From: Macrostomum hystrix
Taxonomy: Eukaryota; Animalia; Platyhelminthes
Length of the DNA stretch: 64,000 bases
Direction of reading: 5' to 3'
Assembly (NCBI GenBank): GCA_950097015.1
Contig: CATNEN010000038.1
Coordinates: 13,020,001-13,084,000 of the forward strand
In this document: positions 51,901 to 64,000 of the stretch, piece after piece
How positions within the stretch are numbered: the first letter of the stretch is position 1
How the letters are laid out: the number at the start of each line of letters is the position of its first letter
Notes under the pieces: model-generated
Told to the model about the DNA's origin: nothing
Databases searched by the model: none
The model's input: the letters and a program-made list of their open reading frames with translations, nothing else
Made by a program: the position numbers and the translations under genes

Positions 51901-54900
51901 AGCTTCATTCTCATACCATATTCATGGATCCGTATAAAATAGTCATTTCTTCTTTTAAGGTTCAAGACTATTATGCGTGATGGCAAAATTATGCTTAAAC
52001 AAAGAGAAAGCAATGCTGGAGAGGGTAATGGCCTTTTTATGTAGCCAGTGCCCGAAGTACCGGGGGATGCGCTCGCATTATCCAGCTGGTAAGCTACTCT
52101 CGAATTCATGACTCATTCTGTCCTTCCTATGCATGCGCCTTATTGCCAAGAATCTGAATTCTTGTGCACAGCAGCACAAGAGAGATGCTTAAGGAACATT
52201 ACAATATTAATACCCGTATGTTTAAGTCAGCAATCACATTCTTATTCTGGAATTCTCACGTACGTCAAGCTCTACCAGAAGTTTTGCAGTTCCACGTGCA
52301 CTCCAAGTCCCGGAACCGAAGTCTCAGTCAAGTTCACTGAGTCAGACTTTATTTCAGTCTTACATGTACGTTAGTTACTCCAGCATTCTCAAAGCCTCTT
52401 AAGAATGCCGTGGCTTACCCGCCACATTCAATCAGCTGGGTAGATCCGGAGCTCCTCGAACGAGACGCCGCTGCAACAGAGCACTGCTTCACAAGGAGGT
52501 TCGTGTATCCGTCTGGAATGCAGTGTTTTGAACCGCTCACTTTCTTACTTAGAAAAACCCGTTAAGTACATTGAAACATAAAAGACTCCATATATCTATG
52601 AATACTATTGTAATCATCAGTGTTTTGATAGATCTTACCATAAACAAACTCATTACTTGCATGCATTTTTCTATGTAAAGAATTCTCTAAAGGCTTAGAT
52701 GACAAAAATAGTATTTTGCACTTTTGACTCAGGTTAAATCAAATTTTAAATGACGTAGAGTATTGCTGACTTCTGATAGCACGATCATCTCTCTAGCCAA
52801 GTTCTGGAGTAGCAGACTTGGAAACTAGAACTACAAAAGGCTGCAAAAAGCTAACTAAAGCAACCATGCCGGCTGACCTGCACCTGGCAAAGCCTAGCCA
52901 GGAAGCGCTGCAAATTGCAGGCTAGTAGAGTCTGGCGGGGACTATAGTTACTCTCAAACGGCTGCAATCCACTGCAAGGAAGGCACAATAATTAGCGGAC
53001 CAGGGCCTTTCATAATCATTACCGGTGGAGTCTCGCAGCAGCACCTCCAGCTGGATGGGGTCCTCCTCTTCGATCTCGGCCACTGAGAAGCCCGAACGGT
53101 TGAGCACTCGCAGCCACAGGGCCAGACCGGAAACCGCGCGGGGTGGCAGCTCCCAGTGCGACTGCTGCGGCAGCCCTTTTCTGCTTGGAGGTTGGAGAGT
53201 GAAGGCAGTGCAGAGAGAATAGTTGCTGACCAGAGAAAAATAACCTAGGAAGCAACTAAAGAACAATTTCTAAGGAAAATTATCCTATCATCCCCAAAGC
53301 AGATGTGAGTAGCACACTTTTAGAGTTTTAACATCCTTACTTTTTAGGAATCTTACTTGTATAAACCAGTTACTCTCTGAATACTAGTATCTAATTAAAA
53401 AATTATAAAAATATATGAATTTCTTTGCTGAATGACACTTGCACACAAGCGAGTGCGAGAATTTTTTCAGTACAAAGTACTGAATATCATTTTCACCAGA
53501 CAACAAACCTGGGCTTAATCTTTGCATCCATAGATTCATTGCCTCCAGGCTTGTCGGCTGTCACGGTACACATGAGGTCAACAACAATGTCCGGATACGT
53601 GTAAAAGTTTCTGTTCCACAGGACTCTCAGGGTTGCTTCCAGGACCTTCTGGTTAACGGCGTCAGCGTCACTCTGAAGAAATTCGGAATTAAACAATGTA
53701 AAGTCATGCTGATCATAGACTCAATGATTTCAATCTGTGTCACAAACCTGTCACTTTAAAATCGATTGTAACGACTAATATTAATCCAAGTGCTTAGTGC
53801 TTAGTTCTCACTTGATACATTAGCCGATTCACGGTGATGGACCTGCCACCGCAAGGTGAGTCCGAGTCAAGTCGCAGCACAGCTTTGTACAAGCCACCAC
53901 TGGCCTCCTGCAACTGGCACACCGAGGTCTCTTCCGTGGTGACGTGACGCACGCCGCTAGTCACCTCGCTTGGGTAGCCATCGATGTAGGCGATGGACTC
54001 ACCACTCCTGAGTCGGCTTAACAATTCGTTGTAAGGTGGAGCAGCATAGCCGGGGTCGAAAGTCACCTCCATGTAGCCGTTTCCGCAGGTGACAGACACT
54101 GGATCGTAGTTAGGGATAGGGACTCGATGGTGAAGATGCCAGTAATTCCTAGCTCGTATTATATTATATATAGCTTATAATCGCCAATCGGGACAACACT
54201 TTTTAGACTTTGTTTTGTACCACAGGTAAAATTTTTTTTCCATCTTGCTACGTTTTACTGCAGCGTTTTAAAAGTTTAGAAACTTGTATGCCGTAACTTG
54301 TACGAGTACTACGAGCGTATGTACCAGAGAATTATACTGGTACTTGTAACTAAAGATTTTAACTCCCAATGCCTGAGTGCTTAAGTGGCTATCCTGAAAA
54401 GTTTCGCTATAGTTTAAGGTTTAATGCAATAAAATTCCAGGAATTTTTTCCAAACGAAAGCCTGACTCGCAGCTTTTTAATATGACCAAATCTACATGCA
54501 AAACATCGTAAAATATCCTTAAAGACTCACAACTCCCGAACAACTTCAAAGAGTCTCTAAGATCTAAACTCCGAAATATCAACTGTTAGCTCATAGGGCC
54601 GGATTATAGACTGCAATGATGTGGAAGCGTGGTACCTCTTTTCATGCCGATCCGCTAGAAAATTCTGTGCTGTGCTCTCTCGACACGGACTGCAAGGCCT
54701 CAGCGAATTTGTCGCTTTTCCACCAGCTCTTTCAACAAGAAATTACAAGAACGTACAAGAACAAAACTCGTCAAAGTCTCTGCAGTCTGCGTTTCGGCAT
54801 CACTCCCCTCCCTCACCTTCACAAGGCAGAAAGTCATTAATCAGATTATCGCACACTCGTTCATGGTCACGACGGGTGGTGATTTAATTTCTTCTGTTCT

Positions 54901-57900
54901 CTCATTGCGACCGGGCAAATCGGACCCACAACTGGCGGTTCTCACTTGCTGGAGCTGCGGGCAACGACTGGGCTGATTGAATTGTGAAAAAGGACGCCTG
55001 ATTTTCGTTCCCTTTGCATTATTTTCTTTCTATGTTTCCTTGGGTCTGTTCCGCTCTGTGGAGCAACTTGTCTAAGGGGCGAGACCATGGACACGAACGT
55101 CTGGCAGAAGCACTGCCTCTCCTTCCTTAATATCGCTCAAGATATGACTCAGTTGCTAGACTTTAGATAGGTTTGCAAACCTGTTAGACGGCAGAGACTG
55201 CAATTAATGGCACTGAAGTATACATACCGATAGCGAGTTCAGAAATGATTTAAAATTTCTTATCATTTCAATTTAGTCAGTTTGGCAAGACTATGTCGAA
55301 TTCAGTAAGACTGGACCGACGCATTATAAGTGAGGGCGAGCCAACAGATTTTCGGAATTCAGAACATCGCAAATTATCAATGAAACGGTTTTCTTTTATT
55401 TAGTCCTCATTGTTAGTTGGATTCTTCGTCGCGTTGATGTTTCCTTGAAAAGAAGCTGTCCTTTTTGAGAAGCTCACCAGCGGAAGATTAATAGAATACA
55501 CAAGAATTCTTGTCAGTTGATTTGACCAGTTTCTGTAGCTAATGATTTCCCATTCTGCCAAGACATACACAATGGCCATTCGTGCCAATGTAGGCAATCT
55601 GCTGGCCTGAATGCCCGCCAGGCATCCAGTTCGGTTGTTTCCTGACGCTTGTTTTTGGCTTCTCTTTTCTGAACGATGCAAAGCAAAAGACAAACTCAGT
55701 TTTGTGCTGGTGCCCTCGGGCGCTTGTATTCGGAAACTGTCATGCGTCTCGAAATATAATGAAAGAAAGAGGATGGACTGAATAAAGTGAACAAGCCCAT
55801 TTCAGCCTGGCTTGGACATTACCGGGAGCAGGTTTACTGACTAGCGCTCAATGTATCATAGAACAATTACCCCAAATTTTCGGGCACAATGAGGCACCAA
55901 CCAATGAATATCCACTAGATCCGCAAATGGGCTAGGAACTATAGACACGAGTCTTCACAACCTAAGATTTCAAATAATCTTGATAGCTAACACTTGTGGC
56001 TATGTTTTATGGTCATTTATATGACATTTACCGTGATGTCTTGAGCATTGTTTGGCCCCTTTTTCGGCTGGTGTCGACAATCTTTTGGGGCAGAGACAGC
56101 CAGCACGGCTGTGGTTGCTGGGCGAGTAGCAGGTCCCGTATGGATCGGATTCAGCGCATTCCTTGCACCGCTCTGACTCCTTCTTGAGCACTTCGACTGG
56201 AATTGTTGGAATGTGTGCAAAATTTTCTGGGCAGCATGAAAAGACGTTAAAATAAGGTTTTTGCCCTATCTATGTACTGTAAAGTGGGTTTCGAACAAAA
56301 TGTGGTTACTTGATCCAGTTCGTCATTGATATGGGATGGACAGCCCGCGCCATACATGTTTATATTTTTCTTTTTGGCGCTGCAGTCGGAGTTGGCGAAT
56401 ATCATGCAAACACTGCTCTTTTGGTTTTCATCGCTTTACCTTCTAGGTTTAGGTACTATTGAACAAACTTCTGAGTGGATTGCTCAGAGGAACTTACACA
56501 CAGATTGAATTGAAGTTGGCAGCACTGACATTCCGTTGCTTAGTAAATATTTAATCAAGGAAGCGGACTGAGAAAGACTCTCAGATTGAATTGCCAAGTC
56601 TCTAAAGTTGATTTTGACCCAGGAAAGAAAGGCGAAATGTGAACTCACAGCACTCATAGTATTTGAGCCACGGCTGGTACACCGGCACGTGGCCCTCTGA
56701 GCACTGGCACTTTCTAAAGTCAGCTTCGGTGTCGCGGAGCTTTTGACAGACGGCCTGCTTGCTGCGACAGAACAAGCTTTTGTCATCGCACACGTCGTCA
56801 ATATCACCTGTCGATGGAGCAGAAAATACTGATTCAAAACAATATCCGATTGATGGAGAAAGGGGTTGTGGTGCAGTTTCAAGAATAAACAGGATTCTGT
56901 CCGCTGCTGTGCAACTCACGCAGCTTGGTTGAGCACACTGGCCGACCCCAGTGATCCGAGCTGCCCGCCTGTCTTGGTACGCCTCGATTTGCCGGGCACG
57001 AGCAGCTGAGCCGAAAAGTGGCACCGCCTTCGGTCAGTAGGGGGCCATTGCTTCTGTAAATAAGGTCGGGTTGAATAATCGCAAGCGGCTTAAGATGTTG
57101 TGGCGCTTGCACTTCACACAGCTCGCAGTTGTGGCGCTTGCAAGCAATAACAACAGAAACTGCAGGCTTCAAGCAGTTGTCAATCGGTGGTTACAAAACT
57201 AATTTGGAATGCTTAGCGCAGCTCGCTAGATTCTAGCTGGTGGGGACCCCTTGCTCAGTTAATCAGGCTGAAAATATTTAATGAAATCCAGCCCGAGACC
57301 AAAGTTCCCAGAAGACTCCACTTTCCCTATGTCCACTTTGAATCTAAAAAGTGGATCCCAGCAGAACTTTCCGGGCACGCGACGCATTCAATTAAGAGCC
57401 AGCGGTTCCATGGAAACTCTGCGTCTCCAGGAATTGAAAAAAACTAGTGAAGAGTCTGCGGTGAGAGTCAAAGCTAGTCTTCTTGCCTGTTGAAGAAGGA
57501 TTTGTTTGCGTCAAGGAAGTGGAGGAGGTTGGGCCGTGAGAGTCGAGCCGAGTGCTAATTGAGGTCAGTTAGAATTCCTTGAGCTACCAGTGACTGCGGC
57601 ATGGGAATCAATGTCCTGCAGCGTGACTAAACAGCAATCTTCCGATACTCCCCTCCTCTTCTGAGCCGCTGTTGCCGATATTCAATCTGCCCCTCACCCC
57701 AGACTGCAGAGGCCGCGCCAAAATGCCTGCTTTCTGCTTCAGGCTGGACTAAACTGGGCGAGTGAGAATGCTCAATGCTCCTAGTGCTCAACTTTGAGTC
57801 CGGTCACAGACGTTGTGCTCCCTGAGCAGCGTAAACGGGCTTCAACGAGCCTATTCTCGCCTATTCTCATATTCTCGTTCAGGAAAAAGAAATTTTGACA

Positions 57901-60393
57901 CAAGATTAGCCTTCACAATGCATCATGAGATGTCTGTCTCCCCAGGGGAGTCCTGAGCAAGCTTATCAGCGCGGGTAGGCTAAATATAGAAGAAACAGAT
58001 AATAATAAAAACTGAACTTGGGTTGCAAGAGTATAAATGCAATTTTACAACAGTAAGCAGGTAGGAGCGCAGTTTAACTGTTAGCTATGTTAGCTAATTT
58101 TGTGTTACAAACTTACAAAACTCTGCGGGCTGTTGTTTCTAGAGATATTGAGCTGAACATTCTTAGTTTTGGCTAGCAATCAAATCAGTTATTTTATGGC
58201 TGCATAAAGGCATGGAATTTTGGTCCTCCTTTTTGCTAGCAATGCTGCTGAGAGAAAGTGAGTGAATTCAGAAAATACTTCGAAAAAGTAGCTTTATGCG
58301 AATTAATTTCTGCTGGCTGCTTGAGAATACACAGTGAAGCCCATGCCTATTTAGACAGGTGAAATATCTTTCAACCAAAGAAGAATAAAGATATTGCGCA
58401 GAGTGAGAAAGGGTGCAGGCGCAGGCCGCGAGCTGCAGGTAAAGTGAAGCGCCAGGGCTGCAGCGGGGACCGATATCGGGCTACAATAATCAATGATTCA
58501 ATGGCTAGCTGGTAGCAAATTGGGAGTACTCTGAACGAGGCGTGAGTGATCTTTCCATAGACGAGTGAGACTGCTCACTCACTCTGACAGTTCGTCCTCC
58601 TTAAAGCAGACGCCGCCCTCCTCTGCACAGAACCTGCAGTACTGATGGTCCCGGCCGCTGATATAGACCATTTCTGCGGGAAGCGTTACGAGACAGATTG
58701 AGTTTATACAGCGGCTGGTCGGAATGGGGGAATACATACAATTTTACAACCCGCATTGTCGTAGATAAATGCCTCTGAAGGGCCTTTGCATAATTTAGCA
58801 GCTGATGAGGGAGGCGCTCGGAGTCTGAAATCGATTCGCCATGGACTGATTCCCGAGCAACCCGCTTGAGTTTTGACTTCTGGGCCTAGCTGCTTCCCCT
58901 GAATAATGATAATAGAATTCTCAACTTTTCGCTGCAGCTTCGCCTGCTTTGGTCAAAGAAACTGTGAAGATAGACTAGAAAAATTGCCCTGCTTGCCTCA
59001 TTTGGTGTCATCTGAAGTCTAATGTTGCATAACTAAAGCAAGGCTTTTGGCTTCAGTATAATAATATACTCGTGGTATCTGAAATTGTCAAATGTCAAAT
59101 CCACCTGCGCTTAATTGCAATGATCCCTCCACTTCACTTCATACAAATTAATGAGTCCGAAGGTTTCAAACCAATTAAACTAAGTGACTCGCGGCTCCAT
59201 TTGAGTTGACTGCCTTTCTTTACCTACCTGACCTAAAATATCGTTTATATAGATTTGTCACACCTACCAACAGCGAGTAAAGAATAAAGCTCACTGCACT
59301 GATGCCGATGCGGCACGTAGACAAAGCTGGCCTCGCAGACGCAGCGGGCATCGTAGAGAGTGCACACGCTGTTCTTCACCATGTGACACTCGCGGTCCCT
59401 GCTGCAGGGAATGTCTAGCAGCTCTGCAAGCAAAACAATGGAATGGCGCTGCATACTGGGCTAGCTAAAGCGCTGCAGCAAGAAACTCTTAGCGGCAGGG
59501 ATTCAAAATCGCATTTCAGCTTGAAGAACTCAGAACAGATTTTGAATATAATAATATAAAATAATTTTGATAGGCGTCCAGCATTGGAGCTTGATTGGAG
59601 CTTGAGTCACACAGACATGATGGAACGCAGTTAAGTGCTCAGACAGGCACATCCTGAAATCGATATTCCAGCATGCATTTGCGAGAGGATCAAATGCATT
59701 GGGTCAGTCAGTTTCCTAGGCGCCACTTAGCATACCTTGTGCTTGATTGACTTGCCTTCATCCTCATAGCCGTACAATTTGCCCAGCCCTACTGCTCAAC
59801 AGACAGAGTTGAGCTGTCAAATGTCGCTTTGAACTAAACTATGCTCTTTTTTGCTGCTTAGACACTTTGCCCAGCGGAATTTTCGGAAAAAGCACAAAGA
59901 TTATACTCATTTACTATTTAGAATAGTTATATATAGTTGCTTTTAAGGAATCACTGTTAGATAAGCAGAAAATGTGCTGTCTGATGTAGACTCTACCTAT
60001 AAGTTACCCCAGTGATTTCAGTGGGTTCAGTGAGGTTAACTTCAAGTGAGCTGATAGCAGCAGTCAAGAGGCTCACTTACTAGTCTGACAAACTTTTCCT
60101 GTTGCGTGCTGCACAATGGTCTGCGAGGCCGGGCAGTCGCATGACAGCTTGGACTCGTGAGCGGTGCAGACGCCGCCTTGCGGCACTGAGCAGGAGCTGC
60201 CGGGGTTGTTGCACCCGCTGCCGTCGTCTACAATGTAATAGCGATCGCCGACCTTAACTATGGGGCCCGGATGGTCGACCGGCAGCGGCCTCAGCTGCTG
60301 GCGGTCTTGGGCTTTTACCTCTGTCTGGCCGGCTCCCAAGGCTGCATAAAGCAGCAGGGCAGCTGCATGCAATAGGCCAGTCAGAAGCATCAT
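48926..60393 (-). CDS. Type I membrane protein: signal peptide, Cys-rich EB/EGF-like modules, ZP domain, TM, cytoplasmic tail
   Basis: In-phase exons 60393-60081, 59423-59295, 58673-58583, 57053-56920, 56807-56649, 56196-56032, 54098-53812 (VTCGNGYMEVTF..CG), 53672-53509, 53180-53023, 52512-52419, 50825-50645 (FPAFR..VYFACTVRIC), 50183-50063 (AKRS), 49542-48926 (TM). Confidence 0.85.
49590..49805 (-). mobile_element. tRNA-derived SINE remnant
   Basis: Minus strand GCCGTGTGGTTAGAGC...CCTTGAGCAAG...CAGCTCACCCAACTGTA. Confidence 0.6.
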
Positions 60394-62859
60394 GCTAGCG
60401 AGCGCTGGCCTATCTATCTAATGAGCAAGGTCGCGCGAAGCCAGTTCCGCTGTTATTTTTTAGCACCTCAAGCTGTTTAAATAAGTCTGGCAAATGGTTA
60501 AAAGGCTGAGGGAGCATATGGCTAAGCAGGCAGTGCGATGGTCAAGGACGCGCAGCCGCAGCCGCACACCTCATGGGGTTGCGCCGGTTTTTTAAGGACG
60601 GGAAACAATTGGCTCCTGATGAGGAAGAGGTGGGTTGCCAGCCTTAGGAAATGGGGAACACTGGGTTTTGCTCTCTGACTTTGCTCCCCTTTTCTTTCTC
60701 CCTCAACCTTCCCACCCCCGCTCCTCTCCCGGCCGTGTCTGCGGATCGGATCTGTTTCTTGCTCTAACCTTCTCTAATACACACCTTTCCCACCTGAATG
60801 TGGAGCTTTGGGCTGCGCTCACTGCCTCTTCTTCTGGCTCAAGACATTCCCTGGGGATCAGACTTCAGCCCCTTCATTTTAAAATTTCTTCCAAGCCTTT
60901 ATTCCACCTCGCATTCAACAAATTTTGCTGCACTGAGCCGCGAAACCATGGCGCATTCTGACTAATGATGCGCAGACTTTAACTCTGAGTTGTTCGGCTG
61001 TGCCAAGCAGTTCATTATCCACCGTGCTTTGAGCGCGAACTGAGTGGATTACCTGTTCGCAGCTACCGAGTACTTTCACCTCTAATAGTGAAATTAGATT
61101 CTCTCCTTTTCCAAAAATAACCTTCCTTTAAGCCCACCGAGTCTATCACTCAAACCCGGGAGTCTCTCGCACCAACGTTCGATGCGACAAGAGATGGCAG
61201 CTGGGGCTCCGGGTGTAGGAAACAGTGAGAGCAGGCAGCGAGTGACTGACTTAAACAACAGGCTGGAGAGGCCCCGCTTCACTGGCTGAGCGAAGTAGCT
61301 GAGAGTTGCTAGAGACGGACAGAGCGAAGGAGGCGAGAGTGGCAGCAAAGGTCTCAACAGTCCAGAGTGCTCAGAGGACTCAAAAGTGTCCCGAGATGCT
61401 GTGATGAGAAGCCGAAAGGAAAATCTAAATGGGTTGGTTCTAAAGCCCAACTTCTGCAGCCAAGCCCAAAGAGAAAGCGGAGCAATGCCAACTGTCAGGG
61501 GTCTTGAACACTTAAGCTTTCTGAATTAATTGTACTCATTTTCACTCGCATCGTCTTCTTCACGCATTGGCCCTATGAGTGTCGAACCTCCCATCTCCAA
61601 ATCAAACACCAACATAGATATCCTGATTTACAGCTCACAGCCAATCGCAGCTCACCCACCTTAATCACCGATACTAGCACCTGATCGATTCACAGCCAAT
61701 TACTAGTGATTCAACCTAAATGCAAAGAAGCTATATATTTGTAAGTCTCAGCTAGTAAGAGCTAGGAGGTTTCGATTCGCCATTTCGCAAATAAGTTAAA
61801 CGCTGTTCATTGAAAGCTGAGTTCACTTTCCAATCACTGCAGATTTCATAAGCTGGCGATGCAGACCTCTCAGTGGGTAGCTCATATCATCAACTGGTTC
61901 TGCTTTGCATGCTTTCATACGAGCGTACATAAGATGCGCATTGCTTATATCTGGGATATAGTCTAACTTGGCCTTAGCAGCGGGTTGTCTCTGCGGAACA
62001 GAGGCAAGGCCTAAGCAGCTTGCCTTAGATGCTTAGAATGTCGATTATCACCCAAACAGATTGGCAGTTCAGCTCTCATAGGAGATATCGGGATAGCTGC
62101 ATGGCGGCTCATCTAGGGATTTCGCTTCGGGGCAAAAAGAAAGAAAAATTTGGAGCCGCATGGAAGAGAAGTGGCTACAGGCACCTGCTGCTGCTGCTGC
62201 TGCTGCTGGTGTTGCTGCTGTCTTAACAAAAACAAACAGTCGCGAGCGGACTGCGCACTGGCACTGCATTTCAAGTTGGTTGGCTGAGAAGTGTGAAATT
62301 CAACGGCACAGCCCAATGTACGCATGGGCAGTCTCAATTTTCTGGAGGCCGAGCAGCAGCCAGTCACACTGCCGCAAATAAGGGGTAGTTTGCATCGGGC
62401 TATGCTATTATAGCAATCCAATTTTCCGGTGCTGACTGCCTGCCCGTGTTAATTACAAACAAGGCATGCGTCGGGTTGGTATCAATACATGGTGTATTGT
62501 GCGCATGCGGACGGACTGAAAATTCCATCAGTATCCCATTATTTTCCTAAGACTATTTTATCTTGTTCACTGATCAAGGGATAGATTAATGCGGCAGGTG
62601 CGCCAGACTACTTAATTGAGTTAAGTAGAAACTGTGCGTATGGACTCTCCAGTTTTAAGTGCAAATAAGCGATCTTGAATTATCTGGGAATCTCGAATCG
62701 AATGTAACCTAGAATTTAAACCATTTTTGCTAGAAAGTATTGCACAATGAACTCTATGCTGAAAGCTAATTAGAAGTTGACATAATAATAAACTAAGTAT
62801 ATTTATAGGACAGATGTTATCCCTGACACGGCATTTGTGATAGTGGACCCGCATCCATG

Positions 62860-62998
62860 GTAGGAATGGTTTCTGTAGGAATGGTTTCTGTAGGAATGGT
62901 TTCTGTAGGAATGATTTCTGTAGGAATGGTTTCTGTAGGAATGGTTTCTGTAGGAATGGTTTCTGTAGGAACGGTTTCTGTAGGAATGGTTTCTGACC
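62860..62998. repeat. 15-bp tandem repeat (GTAGGAATGGTTTCT)x9, probably a transposon subterminal array
   Basis: Direct tandem units ending in ...TCTGACC. Confidence 0.9.
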
Positions 62999-64000
62999 AT
63001 TCAAGAGTCAGGTTTGACTCTAGGCAAATTTTATAGCAGTACTCTGAAGCTAACAAGTATGTGACTGGAGCCGCTGCGTTTAGTAATTATTTTTGTTTCT
63101 CGCCGTGGCAGTTTAAAAACTCACTTATCGGTGAAACGGCAGGCAAGTAGCAGAGCAGAAGCGGCAGCAGGAGTCCTTGAACGTAGATCATGGCCGCTGA
63201 ATGCAGCAAGGTTGAGATGAGACTACTCTACCAAGGCTTGAAAAACGAAAAGCAATAACTCTCAAAGGGCTCTTCTCTTGTATCCTGAGCTGGCAGAGAT
63301 GAAGACTGATGAGCTTATGTCTGACGCTGCCGCGACGGGTCGTTACCCATTCGATCTTTCTGTGTGAGTTGGTGAGATCTAGTACGCCTACTAGTTTTCT
63401 ATTTTGTTGCTGCTTTTCTAGCACTGCCTGTCGTAACTGGTGTGAGTCCAGCCCGATCCACCCCTCTATTTTATCTCGACAACGAGAAGCAACAGATGAA
63501 GAGAAAGAAAAAAGTGTGCCTTTCAGTCGCTGCCGTCTGAGCCTGCTTGTGATGGAGAGTGAGAGACAGGCCGGCGGCGAGGGCTCAAGGCGGTAGTTCT
63601 CGTTGAAGTTTGGAGTCTACGGTGCTTCTGGTGAGTGTGTGTGGATGAGTTTGTGTGTGAGGGAGCGGGCTCTGTTGCGTGCGGTATCTTATTGGATTCC
63701 CCTCTGGCTGCCAATACCCTTGGGGTGCAGGGGTTGGGCAGGACTGGAGTTGGAGAAACAAGAGAATTGGAAAGGGCGCCCGTGCCTGCTGACTGGGACA
63801 GCAAGCGGAGCGGGGGAGAGCTGGCGGAGACAGAGGTGGAGAGCTGCCCTTCACTCCCCAGGAATATTTCTTGCATTTTGCCGACAATTTGCCTACGATT
63901 TGCAAGTCTAGTGAATGAATTTTAAATCAATTTGGACAAGTCTCAAAGTAACACTAAAAAGCCGTAAAAAGAATGGCTTAAAAATCTGACAGAAATTATC

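Noticed and set aside
60400-64000. Short ORFs upstream of the ZP gene
   Set aside because: No recognisable domains or consistent exon chain; likely UTR, intron or regulatory DNA.

Overview
Eukaryotic (metazoan) genomic DNA with spliced genes. The style suggests a free-living flatworm such as Macrostomum, but that is an impression only. Host genes: a divergent DEG/ENaC channel (+, 394-3010), Raptor (-, 26266-34702), an N4BP2/Cue2-like PNK-CUE-Smr protein (-, 36217-~39763), an M17 leucyl aminopeptidase with an apparent 1-nt frameshift (+, 42942-46982) and a Cys-rich/ZP-domain membrane protein (-, 48926-60393). Positions 3069-24820 are a transposon nest. An ~18.9 kb foldback MULE-NOF-like element with ~2.2 kb TIRs holds a 7.3 kb P-like element (1.13 kb TIRs, perfect 8-bp TSD, unidentified cargo), a solo LTR, LINE fragments and a truncated Gypsy. 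After it come a LINE 3' end and an IS630/Tc1-like element with an unusual DD30E spacing, itself interrupted by a solo-LTR-like insert and a 40-bp pure palindrome with an 8-bp TSD. Merlin and hAT derivatives, SINEs and minisatellites lie in introns and intergenic DNA. All coordinates were read by eye and family names come from remembered motifs, not database searches. I found no clearly new protein system. The most novel signals are transposon architectures.
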